A stretch of DNA of 64,000 nt from Acidimicrobiia bacterium (GTDB lineage: Bacteria; Actinomycetota; Acidimicrobiia; Spongiisociales; ZC4RG35), in assembly GCA_036525795.1 (NCBI GenBank), contig DATCZS010000112.1, forward strand, positions 8,635 through 72,634, written 5' to 3'. The notes under the pieces are model-generated. The model saw only the letters and a list, made by a program, of their open reading frames with translations. It ran no database searches and was not told where the DNA came from. The position numbers were made by a program, and so were the translations under genes. Every line of letters begins with the position of its first letter. The first letter of the stretch is position 1. This document shows, piece after piece, positions 31,335 to 41,436 of the stretch.

Positions 31335-32074
31335 GGGTGCGGGTCCTGTGTGGATCGACGGTAGAGGGTGAGCCCGTTTGGCAGAGAGATGAATCCCTCC
31401 GAGCGATACAGGGCGGCGGCTGAGTGGTTGTCCATCTGGGTGTTGAGAAGCATGGTACGGGCTCCTGCGCTCCTGGCCCACGTCATGGATCGGCGCAGCA
31501 GGTCGCGGCCGATGCCCCGACCCTGCCACCTGGGATCGACGGCGATGCGTTGCAGATACGACGTATGGATGGCGACCCCGATGATGGCGAAGGCCACCTG
31601 CTCTGCGTTGTCGCCTTCCGCGACGAGGAGCATGGAGCGCGGGGTGGCGGTCATGGCGTCCTCCAGCCCGACCCGCCCCATCCGCCAGATGCCGTCGAAC
31701 GCGTCGCGGTCCAACCGGGCGGCCCGGTGGAGATCCGCAGTCGTTCCCTCCCTGGCCTCCCGTTCTGCCGCGGGCACCGGCGCCCCCAGGTCGCGTTCCA
31801 TCATCGCCAGCCTGCGGTCCGGCGAGAACCCCGCCGCGCGCCACATGCCGGCGGACGTCGCAGGCAGCGGGGGAGACCAGACCGCCGGTGCTCCCTCCTC
31901 GGCCGCCCAGTGCACGCATCGATCCAGGAACTCGACGCTGCCGCGTTCGACACGCAGCACCACGTCTTCGCTCTCGTCGTTGAGGCGGCGGCACACGCCC
32001 TTCCACCAACCCGAGCGCAGCGCCACCGGCCCCGGCCAGTCGCCCCGGCTGGTGATTCGCTTCCCTGAAGTCAT
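31331..32074 (-). CDS. GNAT family N-acetyltransferase
   Basis: C-terminal acetyl-CoA binding motif QRIAVDPRWQGRGIGRDLL; stop overlaps the DegV start (GTGA). Confidence 0.7.
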   Translation of the reverse strand: MTSGKRITSRGDWPGPVALRSGWWKGVCRRLNDESEDVVLRVERGSVEFLDRCVHWAAEEGAPAVWSPPLPATSAGMWRAAGFSPDRRLAMMERDLGAPVPAAEREAREGTTADLHRAARLDRDAFDGIWRMGRVGLEDAMTATPRSMLLVAEGDNAEQVAFAIIGVAIHTSYLQRIAVDPRWQGRGIGRDLLRRSMTWARSAGARTMLLNTQMDNHSAAALYRSEGFISLPNGLTLYRRSTQDPHP

Positions 32075-32076
32075 CG

Positions 32077-33120
32077 GTGGGCCGTCACGGGTGGCAAAGT
32101 AGCGGGGTGGAGCTCGTGTATGTCACCCATCCGTCGTTTGCCCTGCACGACACAGGCTCGTGGCATCCAGAGCGTCCTGCCCGCCTCGAGGCGGTCGACC
32201 GGGGGGTGCGCCTCGCAGGTGTGCCCATCCGCCGGATCGAGGCTCCGGTGGTCGACCGGGCGGTGCTCGAACGGGTCCACACCCATTCCTACATCGAGGC
32301 GATCGAGCGCTTCTGTGCAGAGGGAGGGGGGGCTCTCGACCCCGACACGGTGGCTTCGACCGGCTCGTGGGAGGCGGCGGTCCGCGCCGCGGGGGCGGGT
32401 CCGGCGGCGGTGGAGATCCTGCGGCATTCCCCCGAGGAGACGTCGGCCTTCCTGGCAGTGCGTCCACCCGGCCACCACGCCCAGGCGGCGCGTCCGATGG
32501 GTTTCTGTCTGTTCAACAACGTGATGGTGACCGCCCGGATGCTGGCGGACGGCGGAACGCGGGTGGCGATCGTCGACTGGGACGTGCATCACGGAAACGG
32601 CACCCAGGACATGCTCGTCGACGACCCGGCACTGATGTACGTCTCGATCCACCAGCACCCCTTCTATCCACTCACCGGAGCCGTCGACGAACGCGGGGTC
32701 GGTCCCGGCGAAGGGACCGTGATCAATGCGCCGATTCCGGCGGGAACCGGCGGTGACGCGTACCAGGCGCTGTTCGACCGGGTGGTCGTCCCTGTGCTCC
32801 GCCAGTTCGACCCGGACTGGATCCTGGTGTCTTCGGGATATGACGCCCACGAGGAAGACCCTCTGGCGGAGATCAGGCTGGTGTCGGCCGACTACAGGAT
32901 GATGGCCCAGAGACTTCGCTCGGTCGTTCCTCCCAACCGGATCGTCGTCTTTCTCGAAGGGGGCTATCACCTCACCGCCATCGCCGCCTCGGTGTCGCAC
33001 ACGATCGGAGGCCTGGCGGGTGAGGACGTCGAGTACGCCCCGCGGCTCTCCCCTCCCTCCTCCTGGGCAGTGGTCGAGCAGGTGGTGGCCGAGACCGGCC
33101 GGCGGTGGGACGTCGGCTGA
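32077..33120 (+). CDS. histone deacetylase-family (AcuC/AphA-like) deacetylase
   Basis: DWDVHHGNGTQDM; 347 aa; alternative GTG start at 32107 (VELVYVTHP). Confidence 0.85.
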   Translation: MGRHGWQSSGVELVYVTHPSFALHDTGSWHPERPARLEAVDRGVRLAGVPIRRIEAPVVDRAVLERVHTHSYIEAIERFCAEGGGALDPDTVASTGSWEAAVRAAGAGPAAVEILRHSPEETSAFLAVRPPGHHAQAARPMGFCLFNNVMVTARMLADGGTRVAIVDWDVHHGNGTQDMLVDDPALMYVSIHQHPFYPLTGAVDERGVGPGEGTVINAPIPAGTGGDAYQALFDRVVVPVLRQFDPDWILVSSGYDAHEEDPLAEIRLVSADYRMMAQRLRSVVPPNRIVVFLEGGYHLTAIAASVSHTIGGLAGEDVEYAPRLSPPSSWAVVEQVVAETGRRWDVG

Positions 33121-33199
33121 CGGAATTTCGACCCTCAAGGCGTGCCGTTCCCGTTCCGATAGGTCGTCTCAAGTTCAACGACCCCGGGAGTCGCCACAC

Positions 33200-34282
33200 A
33201 TGGAAATCTCGCTCGAAGCGCTCCTCAAGCGCGCAGTCGAATCGAACGCCTCCGACATTCACATGAAGGTCGGCTCTCCTCCCACTATTCGCATCGACGG
33301 CGAACTGAGGCGGCTGGCCGACGTGGACGTCCTCAAGCCCGGTGACACCGAGGCGATGGCGCAGTCGATATTCAGCCAGAAGGCGGCCAATCAGTTCAAG
33401 GAGACAGGCGAGGCGGACTTCGCCTACGGCCGACACGACCTCGGGCGGTTCCGGGTGGCGGCGTTCCGCCAGCGGGGCTCGGTCAGCCTCGTGATGCGCC
33501 GGGTGATGCCGGGGGTCCCCCAGTTGGACCGGCTCGGACTCCCTCCCGTCGCACGCAAGATCGCCGGGGAGGAGCGCGGGTTGGTGCTGGTCACCGGACC
33601 GTCGGGGTCGGGCCGCAGCACGACGGTGGCGGCCATCGTCGAGTACATCAATCAGAACCGTCCGGTTTCGATCATGACGGCGGAGGATCCGATCGAGGTG
33701 CTCTTCCCGGACAAGATGGCGGTGGTGGCCCAGCGCGAGGTCGGCGTCGACACTCCCTCCTACGCGGACGCAATCCGCAAGGCCATGCGCCAGGACGCAG
33801 ACGTCATCATGGTGTCCGAGATCAGCGACGCCGAGACCGCCATGGCGGCGGTGGCGGCGGCGGAGACGGGGCATCTGGTGGTGGCGGCGATGCACACCGG
33901 AGACCCGGTGTCCACCATCGATCGGCTGATCGGGTTGTTCCCCCGGCCCTTGCAGGAGACCGCCCGGCTTCAGGTCTCCCACCTCATGCGCGGAGTGATC
34001 TCCCAGCGGCTCGTCGAGACCACCGAGGCGACCGGCCGGGTGCTGGCCACCGAGATCCTGACCGGAAACGCCAAGGTTCAGGAGTTGATCGCAAGCGATG
34101 CTCCTCGGGAGGCGCTCCTCGACGTGATCAAGGAGAGCGAGTTCTTCGGAATGCAGTCATTCGACCAGGCGCTGCTCGGGCTCGTGAAGCAGAAGCGCGT
34201 GTCCGTGTCGGGGGCGCTGGCCTTCGTTCGCAACACCCACGAGTTCCGGGCTCGCGCCTTGGAGGCGGGCGTCGACGTGTGA
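33200..34282 (+). CDS. PilT-like (type IV pilus retraction / secretion ATPase family) protein with Walker A Lys to Arg
   Basis: MEISLEALLKRAVESNASDIHMKVGSPPTIRIDGEL; Walker A reads VTGPSGSGRSTT (Arg where PilT has Lys); Asp/His boxes present; no other pilus genes nearby. Confidence 0.8.
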   Translation: MEISLEALLKRAVESNASDIHMKVGSPPTIRIDGELRRLADVDVLKPGDTEAMAQSIFSQKAANQFKETGEADFAYGRHDLGRFRVAAFRQRGSVSLVMRRVMPGVPQLDRLGLPPVARKIAGEERGLVLVTGPSGSGRSTTVAAIVEYINQNRPVSIMTAEDPIEVLFPDKMAVVAQREVGVDTPSYADAIRKAMRQDADVIMVSEISDAETAMAAVAAAETGHLVVAAMHTGDPVSTIDRLIGLFPRPLQETARLQVSHLMRGVISQRLVETTEATGRVLATEILTGNAKVQELIASDAPREALLDVIKESEFFGMQSFDQALLGLVKQKRVSVSGALAFVRNTHEFRARALEAGVDV

Positions 34283-34340
34283 CATCCCACCACGCCGATC
34301 CTTCCGGGTTCGGCGGCACCGGTCACTACTGTCGACCGCG

Positions 34341-35810
34341 ATGATTCCCGAACGTCTGCGCTGGCTGTTCGACGGCGGCAGCGTCGCATCCCAACTCGGC
34401 GCGTTGTTCGACGGCACCGGCCACAGCCTCTACCTGGTGGGCGGGTCCGTCCGCGATGCCCTGCTCGGCCGTTCTCACGACGATCTCGACTTCACCACCG
34501 ATGCGCGTCCCGATCGCATCCGCGAGATCGTGGCCGATTGGGCCGACTCGGTCTACACCGTCGGTGAGGCGTTCGGGACGATCGGAGTCCGCAAGGGTTC
34601 CGACCTCTTCGAGATCACCACGTTTCGTTCTGATGTGTATCGCGAGGAGAGTCGCAAGCCTCAGGTGACCTTCTCGGACTCGATCGAGGAGGATCTGCGC
34701 AGGCGCGACTTCACGATCAACGCGGTGGCGATCGCCCTGCCGGGTGCCGAGACGATCGATCCGTACGGGGGTCTCCTCGACATGGCCAACGCCGTGCTTC
34801 GCACGCCTGCCGATCCGCACCTGTCCTTCTCAGACGACCCTCTCCGGATGCTCCGGCTGTTTCGGTTCCAGGCCACCCTCGGCTTCGAACCGGATCCGGC
34901 GGCGGTGGCCGCGGTGGGGGAGATGTCCGATCGGCTCTCGATCGTCTCGGCAGAGCGCATCCGCGACGAGTTCTCGAAACTCGTCACGGCTCCCGATCCG
35001 GGCCCGGCCCTCGCCGCGCTGGTCGAAGCCGGTCTCAGCGACCAGTTCCTGCCCGAGTTGTCCCGGCTCGCCATGGAACAAGACCCGGTTCATCGCCACA
35101 AGGACGTCCTCGCCCACACGATCGCCGTGATGCAGAAGGCCAGCCCCAGCCTCCGGCTCCGCCTGGCGGCGCTCCTCCACGACGTCGGCAAGCCGGACAC
35201 CCGGGAGTTCGGACCGAAAGGCGTGAGCTTCCATCACCACGAGGTGGTGGGAGCCCGCATGGCGCGCGACCGGCTGCGGGCGTTGCGCTATCCGAAAGAC
35301 GTGGTGCGCGACGTTCAGCAACTGGTGTTCCTGCACCTGCGACCCCACACGCTCAAGATGGGCTGGACCGATTCCGCCGTGCGCCGCTACGTGCGCGATG
35401 CCGGCGATCTGCTGGCGGATCTGAACGAACTGGTGCGCTGTGACGTCACCACTGCCAATGAGCGCCGGGCGGTGACCATCCAGAGGAGGATCGACGAACT
35501 CGAGGTCCGCATCGACGAGCTGGCCCGTCAGGAGGAGATCGAGCGCCTGCGCCCGCCGATCGACGGCAACGAGGTCATGACCTATCTCGGCATCCCGCCC
35601 GGGCCGATGATCGGCCGGGTGATGCACCTCCTCCTCGAGCGCCGCATCGACGAGGGGCCCTTCTCCCCCGCCGAGGCGTACGACATGGTCCGCGTCTGGG
35701 CCATCGGGCAGGGTCTCGACGACCCCGGCCCGGCTCCGGTGGGGAGCGATCGGGATCCGGCGGGGAGCGAGGCGGATGAGGACCGACGAGGGGTACCGCC
35801 GGGCGAGTGA
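34341..35810 (+). CDS. cca: CCA tRNA nucleotidyltransferase / poly(A) polymerase with HD domain
   Basis: LYLVGGSVRDALLGRSHDDLDFTT; HD domain; 489 aa; pcnA-like position. Confidence 0.85.
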   Translation: MIPERLRWLFDGGSVASQLGALFDGTGHSLYLVGGSVRDALLGRSHDDLDFTTDARPDRIREIVADWADSVYTVGEAFGTIGVRKGSDLFEITTFRSDVYREESRKPQVTFSDSIEEDLRRRDFTINAVAIALPGAETIDPYGGLLDMANAVLRTPADPHLSFSDDPLRMLRLFRFQATLGFEPDPAAVAAVGEMSDRLSIVSAERIRDEFSKLVTAPDPGPALAALVEAGLSDQFLPELSRLAMEQDPVHRHKDVLAHTIAVMQKASPSLRLRLAALLHDVGKPDTREFGPKGVSFHHHEVVGARMARDRLRALRYPKDVVRDVQQLVFLHLRPHTLKMGWTDSAVRRYVRDAGDLLADLNELVRCDVTTANERRAVTIQRRIDELEVRIDELARQEEIERLRPPIDGNEVMTYLGIPPGPMIGRVMHLLLERRIDEGPFSPAEAYDMVRVWAIGQGLDDPGPAPVGSDRDPAGSEADEDRRGVPPGE

Positions 35811-35831
35811 CGGCGGCCACCGGTTGATCGC

Positions 35832-35849
35832 TATGCGCATATGCGTATA
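35832..35849. promoter_or_regulatory. putative ArgR operator (ARG box) TATGCGCATATGCGTATA, 18-bp imperfect palindrome, 13 bp upstream of argC
   Basis: 16/18 symmetric; the same 22-nt motif tcgctatgcgcatatgcgtata recurs upstream of argR at 42406-42427. Confidence 0.55.
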
Positions 35850-35861
35850 CTGCCGGCACTC

Positions 35862-36899
35862 ATGACAGTCCGTCTCTCTGCCGCGGTACTCGGGGCGTCG
35901 GGTTATGCCGGCGGCGAGGTCGTGCGTCTTCTCGACGACCACCCGGTGTTCGATGTCGTCCACCTGGGAGCCCACAGTCTCTCCGGGAGGCGGCTGGGCG
36001 AGGTGCATCCCCACCTCGCCGGCGGGGACCGGGTGCTGAGCTCACAGGAGCCGGACGCCGTCCCCGAGGTGGATGTGGTGTTCCTCGCACTCCCTCATGG
36101 CGCCTCGTGGGAGATCGGCCACGCACTCGCCGAGCGGGGGTGCACCGTCGTCGACCTCGGAAGCGACTACCGCCTGGACACCGACGCCCGCTACCGGGAT
36201 GCGTACGGCTCTGCCCATCCGCTCCCCGACCAGCTCGGATCGTGGCGCTATGGACTGCCGGAGCTCTTCGACCTCGCGGGGGCCGATCGGATCGCCGCCC
36301 CCGGGTGCTATCCGACCGCCGTGGTGCTCTGTTTCGCCCCGCTGCTGGCGGCCGGGTTGGTGCAGGAGGGAGCGGTGGTGGTGGCCGACTGTCTGTCCGG
36401 CGTCTCGGGTGCGGGGCGGGGAGTGAAGGAGTCGCTGCTCTTCGGCGCCATCGACGAGGGAGTTCAGGCATACAAGGTCACCGAGCACCGGCACCGGCCC
36501 GAGATCGAAATGGCGCTCGGAGCCGCCAGCGGGAGGGAGCCGAAGGTGGTCTTCACGCCGCATCTCGTTCCGATGCTGCGCGGTGAACTGGCGACCGTCA
36601 CCGCCCCCCTCGCCCGGCTCGACCTCGACGCCAGGGACGCCAGGGGGATCCTCGCCGACGCGTACGCCGGGAGACCGTTCGTCGAGATCATCGACACCCC
36701 CCCTCAGACCCGATGGGCGGTGTCGTCCAACCGGGCCTTCCTGACCGCATTCGTCGATCACCACGCCGGCGTGATCATCGCCCAGGGAGCCATCGACAAC
36801 CTCGTGAAGGGGGCGGCCGGACAGGCCGTGCAGGCGGCCAACATCGCGTTCGGACTTCCCGAGGAGACCGGGTTGCCGCTGGCGGGGTGGATGCCGTGA
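35862..36899 (+). CDS. argC: N-acetyl-gamma-glutamyl-phosphate reductase
   Basis: MTVRLSAAVLGASGYAGGEVVRLL...; catalytic Cys region; ORF's first ATG (35841) lies inside the ARG box, so 35862 is preferred. Confidence 0.9.
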   Translation: MTVRLSAAVLGASGYAGGEVVRLLDDHPVFDVVHLGAHSLSGRRLGEVHPHLAGGDRVLSSQEPDAVPEVDVVFLALPHGASWEIGHALAERGCTVVDLGSDYRLDTDARYRDAYGSAHPLPDQLGSWRYGLPELFDLAGADRIAAPGCYPTAVVLCFAPLLAAGLVQEGAVVVADCLSGVSGAGRGVKESLLFGAIDEGVQAYKVTEHRHRPEIEMALGAASGREPKVVFTPHLVPMLRGELATVTAPLARLDLDARDARGILADAYAGRPFVEIIDTPPQTRWAVSSNRAFLTAFVDHHAGVIIAQGAIDNLVKGAAGQAVQAANIAFGLPEETGLPLAGWMP

Positions 36900-38059
36900 T
36901 CGGGGGAGTGACTGCTCCGGCCGGATTCTCCGCCAATGCCCTGCCGGCGGGCATCAAGAGTTCGGGTGATCTCGACCTGATGGCGCTCGTGGCCGACGAG
37001 ACGGTGCCCGCGGCGGCGGTGTTCACCACCTCGCGAACGGCGGCCGCCCCTGTGCTCCTCAGCAGGGACAGGATCGCCGGCGGGCGGACGCGGGGGGTGA
37101 TCGTCAACTCCGGCATCGCCAATGCGTCCACCGGACGCCGCGGCATGGAGGACGCCGAGTCCATGGCGGCCGCCCTCGCCCGCGAGGTCGGTGTCCCCGA
37201 GCGCGAGATCCTCGTGTGCTCGACGGGCACGATCGGCAACCGGCTTCCCATCTCGGACGTGGTCGACGCCGTGCCGGGGTTGGTGTCTGGGTTGGGCCGT
37301 ACGCCGGACCACGCCTACGCCGCAGCCCGGGGGATCATGACCTCCGACTCGGTCCCCAAGCAGTTCTCCGCCGAGGTCGGCGGGTACACGATCGGGGGGA
37401 TGGCGAAGGGAGCGGGGATGGTGCGCCCCGACCTGGCCACCATGCTGGCCTTTCTGACGACCGACGCGGTCGTGTCCCCCGACGTCGCAGCCGGGGCGCT
37501 GCGCAGAGCGGCCGATGTCACCTTCAACGCCTTGAACATCGATGGCTGTCAGTCCACCAACGACACGGTGCTGCTGATGTGTTCGGGTCTGTCGGGGGTC
37601 GAGCCGGATCCCGCATCCTTCGCAGACGCGCTGGGGGCGGCGTGCGGGGACCTGGCCGCCCAGATGGCCAGGGACGCCGAGGGTGCCTCCCGCGTGGTGA
37701 TCCTCGACGTCTCGGGCGCCCCGGACGAAGCCACCGCCCGCCGGCTGGGAATGGCGATCGCCGACTCGGCGCTGGTCAGGTCCTCGTTCTACGGGGCGGA
37801 TCCGAACTGGGGAAGGCTGGTGGCGGCGATGGGAACGGCGGGCGTCGAGATCGACGGAGACGCCATCGAGATCGCCTACGACGGCACCGTCATCGCGTCT
37901 CGGGGGGTGGCCGTGCCGGTGGACGAGGACGCCCTCAGTTCCCGGATGACGGGGGACTTCACGATCGGGATCACGGTTGGATCAGGTCCCGGCCGGGCCG
38001 CAGTGACCACCACCGATCTCACCCCCGAGTACGTTCGCTTCAACGGAGAACGCTCATGA
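36896..38059 (+). CDS. argJ: bifunctional ornithine acetyltransferase / N-acetylglutamate synthase
   Basis: GTG start overlapping the argC stop; VIGGVTAPAGFSANALPAGIK...; autoproteolytic ATML-like site (LATMLAFLTTDA). Confidence 0.9.
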   Translation: MIGGVTAPAGFSANALPAGIKSSGDLDLMALVADETVPAAAVFTTSRTAAAPVLLSRDRIAGGRTRGVIVNSGIANASTGRRGMEDAESMAAALAREVGVPEREILVCSTGTIGNRLPISDVVDAVPGLVSGLGRTPDHAYAAARGIMTSDSVPKQFSAEVGGYTIGGMAKGAGMVRPDLATMLAFLTTDAVVSPDVAAGALRRAADVTFNALNIDGCQSTNDTVLLMCSGLSGVEPDPASFADALGAACGDLAAQMARDAEGASRVVILDVSGAPDEATARRLGMAIADSALVRSSFYGADPNWGRLVAAMGTAGVEIDGDAIEIAYDGTVIASRGVAVPVDEDALSSRMTGDFTIGITVGSGPGRAAVTTTDLTPEYVRFNGERS

Positions 38060-38961
38060 CCGTCGGACACGGGGCCCCTCGCCCCGCCAAGGCCCGCATC
38101 GCCAATTCGATGGGCAAGGCATCCATCCTGATGGAGGCGCTTCCCTACATCCAGCGCTTCCGCACCCATGTGGTGGTGGTCAAGTACGGCGGTTCCACCA
38201 TGGAGGACCCGGCGCTCCGCACCAGCTTCGCCGGCGACATCACACTGCTGGCGACCGTGGGGATCCACCCGGTGATCGTTCACGGCGGCGGCCCCCAGAT
38301 CGACGAGGCGATGGCCAGAGAAGGCATCGAGCCCCGGTGGATCGACGGGTTGCGGGTCACAGACGCAGCCACCATGCGCGTCGTCCAGCGCGTCCTGGTC
38401 GGCGAAGTCAACGCCGACATCGTCCGGCTCCTGGCGGGTCACGGGGCCCATGCCATCGGGATCAACGGACTCGATGCCAACCTGCTGACGGCCGTCCCCC
38501 GCGACGAGCGCCTCGGATTCGTCGGTGACATCGAGCGCGTGAACGGAGACGTGGTTCGGAGGCTGCTGGGCGACGGCCTGGTCCCGGTGATCGCCCCGAT
38601 CGCCCGCGGCGCCGACGGGGAGATCTACAACATCAACGCAGACACGGCGGCGGCGGCCATCGCCACCGCCCTCGGCGCCCGCAAGCTGGTCTACCTGACG
38701 GATGTGGAGGGGGTCTATGCCGATCCTGCCAGCCCGGACTCGCTGATCGCCCGCATGGACGTCACCCGGCTCTGGCAGCTCCTCGAGACGATGAGCGGGG
38801 GAATGCTTCCGAAGCTGCAGTCGGTCGCGGGGGCTCTCGACGGCGGCGTCACCCGCGCCCACATCCTCGACGGCCGCGTCCAGCACGCGCTGCTCCTCGA
38901 GATGTTCACCCGGGAGGGGGTCGGAACGATGATCACCCAGGACGGAGATGATCGACCGTGA
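38056..38961 (+). CDS. argB: acetylglutamate kinase
   Basis: ATG overlapping the argJ stop; VVVKYGGSTM...; 301 aa. Confidence 0.9.
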   Translation: MTVGHGAPRPAKARIANSMGKASILMEALPYIQRFRTHVVVVKYGGSTMEDPALRTSFAGDITLLATVGIHPVIVHGGGPQIDEAMAREGIEPRWIDGLRVTDAATMRVVQRVLVGEVNADIVRLLAGHGAHAIGINGLDANLLTAVPRDERLGFVGDIERVNGDVVRRLLGDGLVPVIAPIARGADGEIYNINADTAAAAIATALGARKLVYLTDVEGVYADPASPDSLIARMDVTRLWQLLETMSGGMLPKLQSVAGALDGGVTRAHILDGRVQHALLLEMFTREGVGTMITQDGDDRP

Positions 38962-40124
38962 GTTCGATCATCGAGCGAGAGCACCGGGCGGTGATGCAGA
39001 CCTATGGGCGAACCCCGGTGGTGTTCGTCGAAGGCCGGGGATCCTGGCTCTTCGACGAACACCGGAAGAGGTACCTGGACTGTCTGACAGGCCTGGCCGT
39101 GGTCTCTGTTGGTCACGCCAACCCGAGGGTGGCCGAGGCGGTCAGCGAGCAGATGCGCAGGCTCGTCCACGTCTCCAACCTCTACTACACCGAGCCGATG
39201 GTGCAGTTGGCCGAGAAGCTCCGCAGCCGCTCCGGTCTCGATCGCATCTTCTTCGCCAACTGCGGGGCAACCGCCAACGAGGCGGCGATCAAGCTGGCCA
39301 GGCGGTGGGGTCAGACGACGAAGGGGGATCACTGCTACGAGATCGTGTCGCTGAACGACTCGTTCCACGGCAGGAGTCTGGCGACGCTGGCCGCCACCGG
39401 ACAGCCCGCCAAACAGGCCACCTTCCAGCCGCTGCCGCCCGGGTTTCGCCAGGTTCCCGGCGGAGACCTCGCGGCGATGGAGGAAGCCGTGAACGCCTCG
39501 ACCGCAGCGGTGATGGTGGAGACGACACAGGGGGAGGGAGGCGTCGTACCTCTGTCGGCCGGGTATCTGACGGCGCTCCGGGCGCTGTGCGACGAGCGAC
39601 AGGTGCTGTTGATCGTCGACGACGTCCAGGCAGGCATGGGGCGAACCGGGTCGTGGTTCTCGTGGCAGCAGCTGGGATTCGCCCCGGATATCGCCACAGT
39701 GGCCAAGGCGCTCGCCAACGGCCTGCCGATCGGTGCTGCCATGGCCGGCGAAGCCGTGGCGGAAGCGTTCCGGCCGGGAGACCACGCCACGACCTTCGGG
39801 GGAGGCCCGGTGGTCTGCGCCGCCGCCAACGCCGTGTTCGCCGAGATGGAGGATCGCGACGTCCTCGCCAATGTCGCCGCCCGGAGCGAGCAGTTGCGGG
39901 CCGGCCTGGAGTCGCTGGCCGGGGTGGCGTCGGTGCGGGGACGTGGACTGCTGTGTGCGGCGGTGCTCGAGGATGATCGTGCCGCAGAAGTCGCGGCGAC
40001 GGCCCTGGCAGCCGGTCTGATCGTCAATGCCGTCCGTCCGGACGCCGTCCGTTTCGCCCCGCCCCTCACCATCACCGAGGACGAGGTCGCCACGGCAGTC
40101 GGTCTGTTCGGGGATTCGCTCTGA
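38958..40124 (+). CDS. argD: acetylornithine aminotransferase
   Basis: GTG overlapping the argB stop; class III PLP aminotransferase motifs (LIVDDVQAGMGRTG). Confidence 0.9.
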   Translation: MSSIIEREHRAVMQTYGRTPVVFVEGRGSWLFDEHRKRYLDCLTGLAVVSVGHANPRVAEAVSEQMRRLVHVSNLYYTEPMVQLAEKLRSRSGLDRIFFANCGATANEAAIKLARRWGQTTKGDHCYEIVSLNDSFHGRSLATLAATGQPAKQATFQPLPPGFRQVPGGDLAAMEEAVNASTAAVMVETTQGEGGVVPLSAGYLTALRALCDERQVLLIVDDVQAGMGRTGSWFSWQQLGFAPDIATVAKALANGLPIGAAMAGEAVAEAFRPGDHATTFGGGPVVCAAANAVFAEMEDRDVLANVAARSEQLRAGLESLAGVASVRGRGLLCAAVLEDDRAAEVAATALAAGLIVNAVRPDAVRFAPPLTITEDEVATAVGLFGDSL

Positions 40125-40272
40125 CCGTCGGGGGTCCGAGCCGTCGTCGGTGACGGCCCAGGCCTCGGCGTGCTCACACCTCGAACGCCGGCATGGATAC
40201 GTCGCCTCGCCCTTCGTCACCCGGTGTGACGGCGCGCCTCACGGGTGAGTCGAAGCGGGCGAACGGTGGCGA

Positions 40273-40695
40273 TCAGCCGGTGAGGCGCTCGTTGCTCGCC
40301 GCCCGCTCCTCGGCGATCGATCTCAGTTCCGCCGCGACTTTGGGGTGCTTTTCGACCAGACCGGCGAAGGCCCTTCCGCTCATCACGAGCATCTTCGATG
40401 CGGCGGACGTGACCACGGTCGCGGTTCTCTTCCCCTTCTTCAGCAACGCCATCTCGCCGAGCACGGCTCCCGGTCCCACCTCGCCGACCTTCTCGCCCCC
40501 GATGACCACGTCGGCGGCCCCCTCGACGATGATCATGAGCTCGTAGGGGAACGATCCCTCGGTCATCAGTGTCGTCCCTGCCGCCATCTCCACGTCGTCG
40601 ATGAACGGGGCGAGAGCCCGCAGCTTGCGGTCCCCGAGCTGCGCGAACAGGGCGCTCGTCATCATCCGGTCGATCTTCGGGTCCCTCTTCCGCAT
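40273..40695 (-). CDS. cyclic nucleotide-binding domain protein (standalone cNMP-binding)
   Basis: FPYELMIIVEGAADVVIGG...GPGAVLGEMALL...RTATVVTSAASKMLVM; about 140 aa; no DNA-binding domain evident. Confidence 0.75.
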   Translation of the reverse strand: MRKRDPKIDRMMTSALFAQLGDRKLRALAPFIDDVEMAAGTTLMTEGSFPYELMIIVEGAADVVIGGEKVGEVGPGAVLGEMALLKKGKRTATVVTSAASKMLVMSGRAFAGLVEKHPKVAAELRSIAEERAASNERLTG

Positions 40696-40819
40696 CTCTG
40701 TGCCTCCGCAATGGTCGTGCGCGGTCGCTGACACTAGGGCGCGGATGCCGGCTCCAGTGCCGGAATGCACCGGATTTCCACGGAGCCGGGCTCCGGCCGC
40801 CTCCCACTACGCTCGGCTC

Positions 40820-41401
40820 ATGACGCTGCCTACCTCCTCTGCGGCCGAATTCGTGGTCATCCAGGACGGATCGGCGCGACCCAATGTCCGGTCCTCCGTG
40901 TCGCTGATCCGCGACGGTGAACACCTGATCGTCGTCGATCCGGGGATGGCTCCCTCGCAGAGAGCGATCCTCGGACCACTGGCGCGTCTCGGAGTGGAGC
41001 CGGCTCAGGTCACCGACGTGATCATCAGCCACCATCACCCAGACCACACGGTCAACGTCGGCCTCTTCGGCGAGGCCAAGGTCCACGACCACTGGGCGAC
41101 CTACCACTTCGACCAGTGGCGTTCCCGGTCCGCCGAGGGGTTCTCGGTGTCTCCTTCGGTGGTGTTGTGGGAGACGCCCGGTCATACGCCCCAGGACATC
41201 AGCACGCTGGTGGGCACCCCTGACGGCCTCGTGGTGTGCACCCACCTCTGGTGGTTCGCCGAGGGCCCGGAGGACGACCCCCTGGCGGCCGACAGCGGTG
41301 CACTCCACGCCGGGCGCGCCCGGGTGCTCGCCGCCCATCCGGCGATGATCGTCCCCGGGCACGGGCCTGCATTCGAACCGACCGGATCGACCCCCCGTTG
41401 A
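40820..41401 (+). CDS. MBL-fold metallo-hydrolase
   Basis: HHHPDH motif, later HGPAF; start at MTLPTSSAAEF. Confidence 0.7.
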   Translation: MTLPTSSAAEFVVIQDGSARPNVRSSVSLIRDGEHLIVVDPGMAPSQRAILGPLARLGVEPAQVTDVIISHHHPDHTVNVGLFGEAKVHDHWATYHFDQWRSRSAEGFSVSPSVVLWETPGHTPQDISTLVGTPDGLVVCTHLWWFAEGPEDDPLAADSGALHAGRARVLAAHPAMIVPGHGPAFEPTGSTPR

Positions 41402-41436
41402 CTCCGTATTCCGGTCTCACCGTGCGCGGACGGGCG

